A stretch of 64,000 bases of DNA from the NCBI GenBank assembly GCA_041640595.1, contig JBEPZY010000003.1:212773-276772 (forward strand). Reading direction: 5' to 3'. The notes under the pieces are model-generated. The model ran no database searches and was not told the DNA's origin. It saw only the letters and a program-made list of their open reading frames with translations. Each line of letters opens with the position of its first letter. Within the stretch, counting starts at the first letter, position 1. The position numbers were made by a program, and so were the translations under genes. Shown piece by piece: positions 59,535-64,000 of the stretch. Origin of the DNA: Gemmatales bacterium (GTDB lineage: Bacteria > Planctomycetota > Planctomycetia > Gemmatales > HRBIN36).

Positions 59535-60223
59535 CGCTGTTCCCCCTTGGCGGTCTCGCTCACTGTGCTCGCCGCGGTCGTTCCCATCACCGTTCCAGGA
59601 AGGCGGAATAATTCGCTTACGGCACACGTGAAGCCAGGCAGCACATCCTCGCCGTCCAGCACCTCGTTTTCCTCGAGCACTCGCGGTTCACGACCTGCCC
59701 GGTACACCGTCACATTCCGGCTCTCCCCGTCCACTACCCACACCATCGCTATGCCCGCCCGCAAATACTGCTGCACCTTCCGCATCACCATCCCCAACCG
59801 ATCCGATGGCGACAACACCTCTACCACCAGATCGGGCAGTTCTGTCGTTACCTCATCAGCTAACTCATTCAGGTGCAGCTTGTCGCAGTAGAATGCGAAA
59901 TCAGGACGACGAACCGCTGGCGGTTCGCCGCCCAGAAGAATGCCTGACTCAGCACTTCCGACTCCCTTGCCCATCCGCCGACTGTATTCGGCGAACAACG
60001 CCCCTATTGCCCAAACGATGCCCCCGTGAAGCGGCGATGGTGGTGGCATGACGACAAGCCTCCCTTCGTCCAGCTCCAGTTGCCTGTCCGCATACTCCGG
60101 CCGCTCGCATAACGCCAGAAACTCCTCCACCGTCAGCAGCTTCCCCGCATCGCTTCCGGTGCGACCGTCCCCGACTAGTCGCCGCTCTTCCGCCCGTTCT
60201 GCTGCCACTGTCCCTACGCTCAT
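59531..60223 (-). CDS. Uma2-family protein, copy 3
   Basis: Same framework with VRRPDFAF; ATGA overlap with copy 2. Confidence 0.9.
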   Translation of the reverse strand: MSVGTVAAERAEERRLVGDGRTGSDAGKLLTVEEFLALCERPEYADRQLELDEGRLVVMPPPSPLHGGIVWAIGALFAEYSRRMGKGVGSAESGILLGGEPPAVRRPDFAFYCDKLHLNELADEVTTELPDLVVEVLSPSDRLGMVMRKVQQYLRAGIAMVWVVDGESRNVTVYRAGREPRVLEENEVLDGEDVLPGFTCAVSELFRLPGTVMGTTAASTVSETAKGEQR

Positions 60224-60909
60224 CGCTGTTCCCCCTTCGTTGCCTCTCCCGCTACGCTCGCCGCCGTCGTTCCCATCACCGTTCCAGGGAGGCGGAATAA
60301 TTCGCTTACGGCACACGTGAAGCCAGGCAGCACATCCTCGCCGTCCAGCACCTCGTTTTCCTCGAGCACTCGCGGTTCACGACCTGCCCGGTACACCGTC
60401 ACATTCCGGCTCTCCCCGTCCACTACCCACACCATCGCTATGCCCGCCCGCAGATACTGCTGCACCTTCCGCATCACCATCCCCAGCCGATCCGATGGCG
60501 ACAACACCTCCACCACTAAATCCGGTAACCGCTTCGCCAATCCAGGCGAGATTTCCTCGAGCCGCACATTCTCCCGATAATATGCCAAATCCGGGGCCCG
60601 CACCGTGTCCGGATCTCGGCCCAGCAACAAGCCGGGGTCATTCGTGGCCAGTCTGCCCGTTTGCGTAGCTTCAATGTGCCTGGTCAATGCCCGAATCACC
60701 AACCAACACACTGTTCCATGTAGTTCGCCCGCTGGTGGCATGACCACTAGCCTCCCTTCGTCCAGCTCCAGTTGCCTGTCCGCGTACTCCGGCCGCTCGC
60801 ACAACGCCAGAAATTCCTCCACCGTCAGCAGCTTCCCCGCATCGCTGCGACCATCCCCGGCCGCTCGCCGCTCTTCCGTCCGTTCTGCCGCCACCGTCCC
60901 TACGCTCAT
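60220..60909 (-). CDS. Uma2-family protein, copy 2
   Basis: Same framework with VRAPDLAY; ATGA overlap with copy 1. Confidence 0.9.
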   Translation of the reverse strand: MSVGTVAAERTEERRAAGDGRSDAGKLLTVEEFLALCERPEYADRQLELDEGRLVVMPPAGELHGTVCWLVIRALTRHIEATQTGRLATNDPGLLLGRDPDTVRAPDLAYYRENVRLEEISPGLAKRLPDLVVEVLSPSDRLGMVMRKVQQYLRAGIAMVWVVDGESRNVTVYRAGREPRVLEENEVLDGEDVLPGFTCAVSELFRLPGTVMGTTAASVAGEATKGEQR

Positions 60910-61580
60910 CGCTGTTCCCCCTTCGTTGCCTCTCCCGCTACGCTCGCCGCCGTCGTTCCCATCACCGTTCCAGGAAGGCGGAATAATTCGCTTACGGCGC
61001 ACGTGAAGCCGGGCAGCACTTCTTCCCCGTCCAGCACCTCGTTCTCCTCCAGCACACGCGGTTCACGACCTGTGCGGTACACGGTCACATTCCGGCTCTC
61101 CCCGTCCACTACCCACACCATCGCTATGCCCGCCCGCAGATACTGCTGCACCTTCCGCATCACCATCCCCAACCGATCCGATGGCGACAACACCTCCACC
61201 ACCAAATCGGGCAACCGCTTCGCCAGGCCAGGTGAAATTTCCTCCAGCCGCACATTCTCGCGGTAATATGCCAAATCCGGGGCCCGCACCGTGTCCGGAT
61301 CCCGGCTCAGCAGCAAACCAGGATCGTTGCACAGCACGGCTCCCCCTGCCCGGCGAGCGTAGTCCATCAGCAAGGCCACGATCCACGCACACTGTCTACC
61401 GTGTAGTTCCCCCGCTGGTGGCATGACGATGAGCCTCCCTTCGTCCAGCTCCAGTTGCCTGTCCGCATACTCCGGCCGCTCGCACAACGCCAGAAACTCC
61501 TCGCAAGAAATCTGCCCGCTGGAAACAGGCGATGGTGTTCGCAAACCCGATTCACGTTCGCTGACCAGGATTGCACTCAT
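60906..61580 (-). CDS. Uma2-family protein, copy 1
   Basis: Unique N-terminus, GGGGAG ribosome-binding site, same framework. Confidence 0.9.
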   Translation of the reverse strand: MSAILVSERESGLRTPSPVSSGQISCEEFLALCERPEYADRQLELDEGRLIVMPPAGELHGRQCAWIVALLMDYARRAGGAVLCNDPGLLLSRDPDTVRAPDLAYYRENVRLEEISPGLAKRLPDLVVEVLSPSDRLGMVMRKVQQYLRAGIAMVWVVDGESRNVTVYRTGREPRVLEENEVLDGEEVLPGFTCAVSELFRLPGTVMGTTAASVAGEATKGEQR

Positions 61581-61718
61581 GGTGGACTCCCCGTGCGTCG
61601 GCCAAAATGACCGCCTGTGGGCATTGTAGCCGACGAAAGCCCAACCGCTCGCGTACCGCTGTGCCGCGTTTGCCGCACCGTCCGATGAAGAAAAACTCCA
61701 CTGGAGCGCGTATGTACG

Positions 61719-64000
61719 CTAGACGTCGAGGTTGCGGACTTCGAGGGCGTGTTTCTCGATGAACTCGCGGCGGGGCTCGACCTGGTCGCCCATGAGGATG
61801 CGGAACATTTCGTCGGCCTTCATAGCGTCGGAGAGTTGCACTTTCAGCAACGTTCGCCGGGCCGGGTCCAGCGTGGTTTCCCAGAGTTCCTCCGGGTTCA
61901 TTTCGCCGAGGCCTTTGAAGCGTGTGATGGTGCGACCTTTTTCGCCGAGTTGCCGAATGCGTGCGGGCAAATCACGTAAGTGCAACAGTGGCTCGGAGCG
62001 GCTGTCGGTATCGAGGAAGAATCGCGGCGGCGGTTCCTGCCCGGCAACGGACCTCGGTGGCACGAGACAGTCCGCATCCAGACTCAACTGGCGCAACTTT
62101 TCCAGGTTGCGGGCCAGCGGTTTCACCTCGTGCAATTCCTGAACCTCGATCGCTTCCTGCCCGCCGCTGGGCAGGTCGTCGGCCACTTCGAGCTCCTGCC
62201 CACGCCGATCTTTTTCTGCCCGAACGAAGGCTTCCACCTCGGCCGGTGTGTAAAACCAGTGCTCCCGAGTGCCGACCACGACACGGAATTGTGGAAGCAG
62301 GTAACCGGCCTCCGTCTTTTGCGCTCGCTCAAGCAACACCGGCAGGCTGAACCCACGCCGTTCGAGAATCCGCATTGCTTCCTCAAGCTGGCCCAGCACT
62401 TCGACCAGTTGCCGCAAGCTCTCCCCCTCAAACACGCGCGGTGGGTCGAGCTGGCGGAGCCGGGCTCCTTTCAAACCTCGTTCGAGCAGGTCGCGATTCA
62501 TTTCCTCCTGCGTTTGCACATACCGTACCTGGTTGCGTTCGGTGATCTTGTAAAGCGGAGGCTGGGCGAGGTAAACGTGTCCTTCTGCCACCAGTCGCGG
62601 CATTTGCCGATAAAAGAAGGTCAACAGCAGCGTGCGAATGTGGCTGCCGTCCACGTCGGCATCGGTGAGGATGATGATACGTTCGTAGTTGCGTTTGCTG
62701 ACGTCCTGGTCTTCGCCGATGTCCGTACCGACGGCGGCGATGATGCTGCAGATTTCGTCGTTGGAGAGCATTTTCTCGATGCGTGCTTTCTCGACGTTGA
62801 GGATTTTGCCTCGCAACGGCAGAATCGCCTGGAAAACACGATCTCGCCCGCCGTCAGCCGATCCGCCCGCGGAGTCTCCTTCGACCAGGAAGAGTTCGCA
62901 CTCATCACGATCCTTGGAAGTGCAATCCATGAGTTTGCCGGGCAGACCGTTGCTATTGAGGATATTTTTCCTCTCCTTGAGCTGTTTTCTGGCGCGGGCT
63001 GCGGCTTCCCGTGCCTCTGCGGTCAGGGCTACCCGCTGCACGATCTTTTTCGCCACCTGCGGGTTCTCTTCCAGGAACCGGCTGAGATGTTCATTGACCA
63101 CGCTGGTTACAATGCCTTCCACTTCGGGATTGTTGAGGCGGACCTTGGTCTGGCTCTCAAACTGCGGATGAGCCACGCGCACACTGACGATGGCCGTCAG
63201 CCCTTCTCGGAAATCCTCGCCAGTCAGGCTCAGTCCTTCCTTGAGCAGGTTTTCCCGGCCGGCGTAGAAATTCACCGTTCGCGTCAGGGCCGAGCGGAAC
63301 CCCGTCAGATGCGTTCCGCCCAGCGGCGTATGCACGTTGTTGACGTAGGAATGGACGCGTTCCTCCTCGCCGGATGTGTACTGGAACGCCACTTCTACCC
63401 ACACTCCCTCCCGAACCTCGTGGATGTAGATCGGCTTATGCAGTGTGGTTTCGCCGCGGTTCAGCCACTCCACGAACTCCACAATCCCGCCGTCGTAGCG
63501 GTACACTTCCTCCCGACCGTCCCGCTCGTCGGTGAGTTTGATAGTCAAGCCTTTGTTGAGGAAAGCCAGTTCCCGGAGCCGGCTGGCCAGCGTTTCAAAG
63601 TCCACGCTCAACTGGCCAAAAATTTCCGGGTCCGGCTTGAAGGTAATGCGTGTACCAGTACGCCGGCTGACACCGATTTCCCGCACCTCGCTGACGGGTA
63701 CGCCCCGCTCGTAGTCCTGCTGGAACACCTTACCGTCGCGGCGAACCTCCACTTCCAGCCATTCGCTCAGGGCGTTCACTGCCTTGACGCCGATGCCATG
63801 CAGGCCTGCGGACATGGCGTAAACGTCCTTTTTGAACTTTCCCCCCGCGCCAACCTCACACATCACCAGTTCGAGCGTGTTGCGGCCCTCCGTTGGATGC
63901 ATGCCGACCGGGATGCCCCGTCCGTCATCGGCGACGGTTACACTGCCGTCCACGCCGATCTTGACATGGATGTTTTTGCAGTAGCCAGCCATGGCCTCGT
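61719..64000 (-). CDS. gyrB: DNA gyrase subunit B (5' end outside the window)
   Basis: DDGRGIP, GLHGIG, VEGDSAGG, PLRGKILN, DADVDGSHI, RFKGLGEMN; long insertion in the TOPRIM region. Confidence 0.95.
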   Translation of the reverse strand, partial: EAMAGYCKNIHVKIGVDGSVTVADDGRGIPVGMHPTEGRNTLELVMCEVGAGGKFKKDVYAMSAGLHGIGVKAVNALSEWLEVEVRRDGKVFQQDYERGVPVSEVREIGVSRRTGTRITFKPDPEIFGQLSVDFETLASRLRELAFLNKGLTIKLTDERDGREEVYRYDGGIVEFVEWLNRGETTLHKPIYIHEVREGVWVEVAFQYTSGEEERVHSYVNNVHTPLGGTHLTGFRSALTRTVNFYAGRENLLKEGLSLTGEDFREGLTAIVSVRVAHPQFESQTKVRLNNPEVEGIVTSVVNEHLSRFLEENPQVAKKIVQRVALTAEAREAAARARKQLKERKNILNSNGLPGKLMDCTSKDRDECELFLVEGDSAGGSADGGRDRVFQAILPLRGKILNVEKARIEKMLSNDEICSIIAAVGTDIGEDQDVSKRNYERIIILTDADVDGSHIRTLLLTFFYRQMPRLVAEGHVYLAQPPLYKITERNQVRYVQTQEEMNRDLLERGLKGARLRQLDPPRVFEGESLRQLVEVLGQLEEAMRILERRGFSLPVLLERAQKTEAGYLLPQFRVVVGTREHWFYTPAEVEAFVRAEKDRRGQELEVADDLPSGGQEAIEVQELHEVKPLARNLEKLRQLSLDADCLVPPRSVAGQEPPPRFFLDTDSRSEPLLHLRDLPARIRQLGEKGRTITRFKGLGEMNPEELWETTLDPARRTLLKVQLSDAMKADEMFRILMGDQVEPRREFIEKHALEVRNLDV

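Noticed and set aside
58189..61580. Diversity-generating retroelement as the source of Uma2 or WD40 variation
   Set aside because: No reverse transcriptase or non-coding template repeat in the window; the differences are block and whole-codon replacements, not adenine-specific
62000..62500. Intein or novel insertion in GyrB
   Set aside because: No intein terminal motifs; the position matches the known TOPRIM-region insertion of E. coli-type GyrB

Overview
A 64 kb GC-rich bacterial chromosome segment. The gene content (DUF1501 protein, H4MPT-linked C1 protein, HTH-receiver/kinase pair, WD40 kinase) points to a planctomycete; this taxonomy is inferred. Most of the window is housekeeping: an XPB helicase operon, E2/E3 dehydrogenase subunits, larE, pyc, purD, tadA, metG, nadD and a 5'-truncated gyrB. 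I saw no rRNA, tRNA, transposase, integrase, cas or reverse transcriptase genes. Five things stand out. (1) Five translationally coupled Uma2 (PD-(D/E)XK) genes lie in tandem between gyrB and nadD, with a near-identical DNA framework and a hypervariable, apparently shuffled central cassette. (2) A Ser/Thr kinase carries seven homogenised WD40 repeats that vary mainly at a few fixed codons. (3) A stress module has divergent sigma-54-like promoters, three Hsp20 genes, a GGQ-less baeRF1/Balon-like protein and an HPF/RaiA-ECF-sigma fusion. (4) An orphan sigma-54-like promoter with twin palindromes precedes an unannotated 26-aa hydrophobic ORF. (5) Mutually unrelated direct repeats with a period of about 66-76 bp recur in most long intergenic regions, including a compound array at 53.6-54.4 kb. 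All calls come from reading motifs by eye; no database searches were run.
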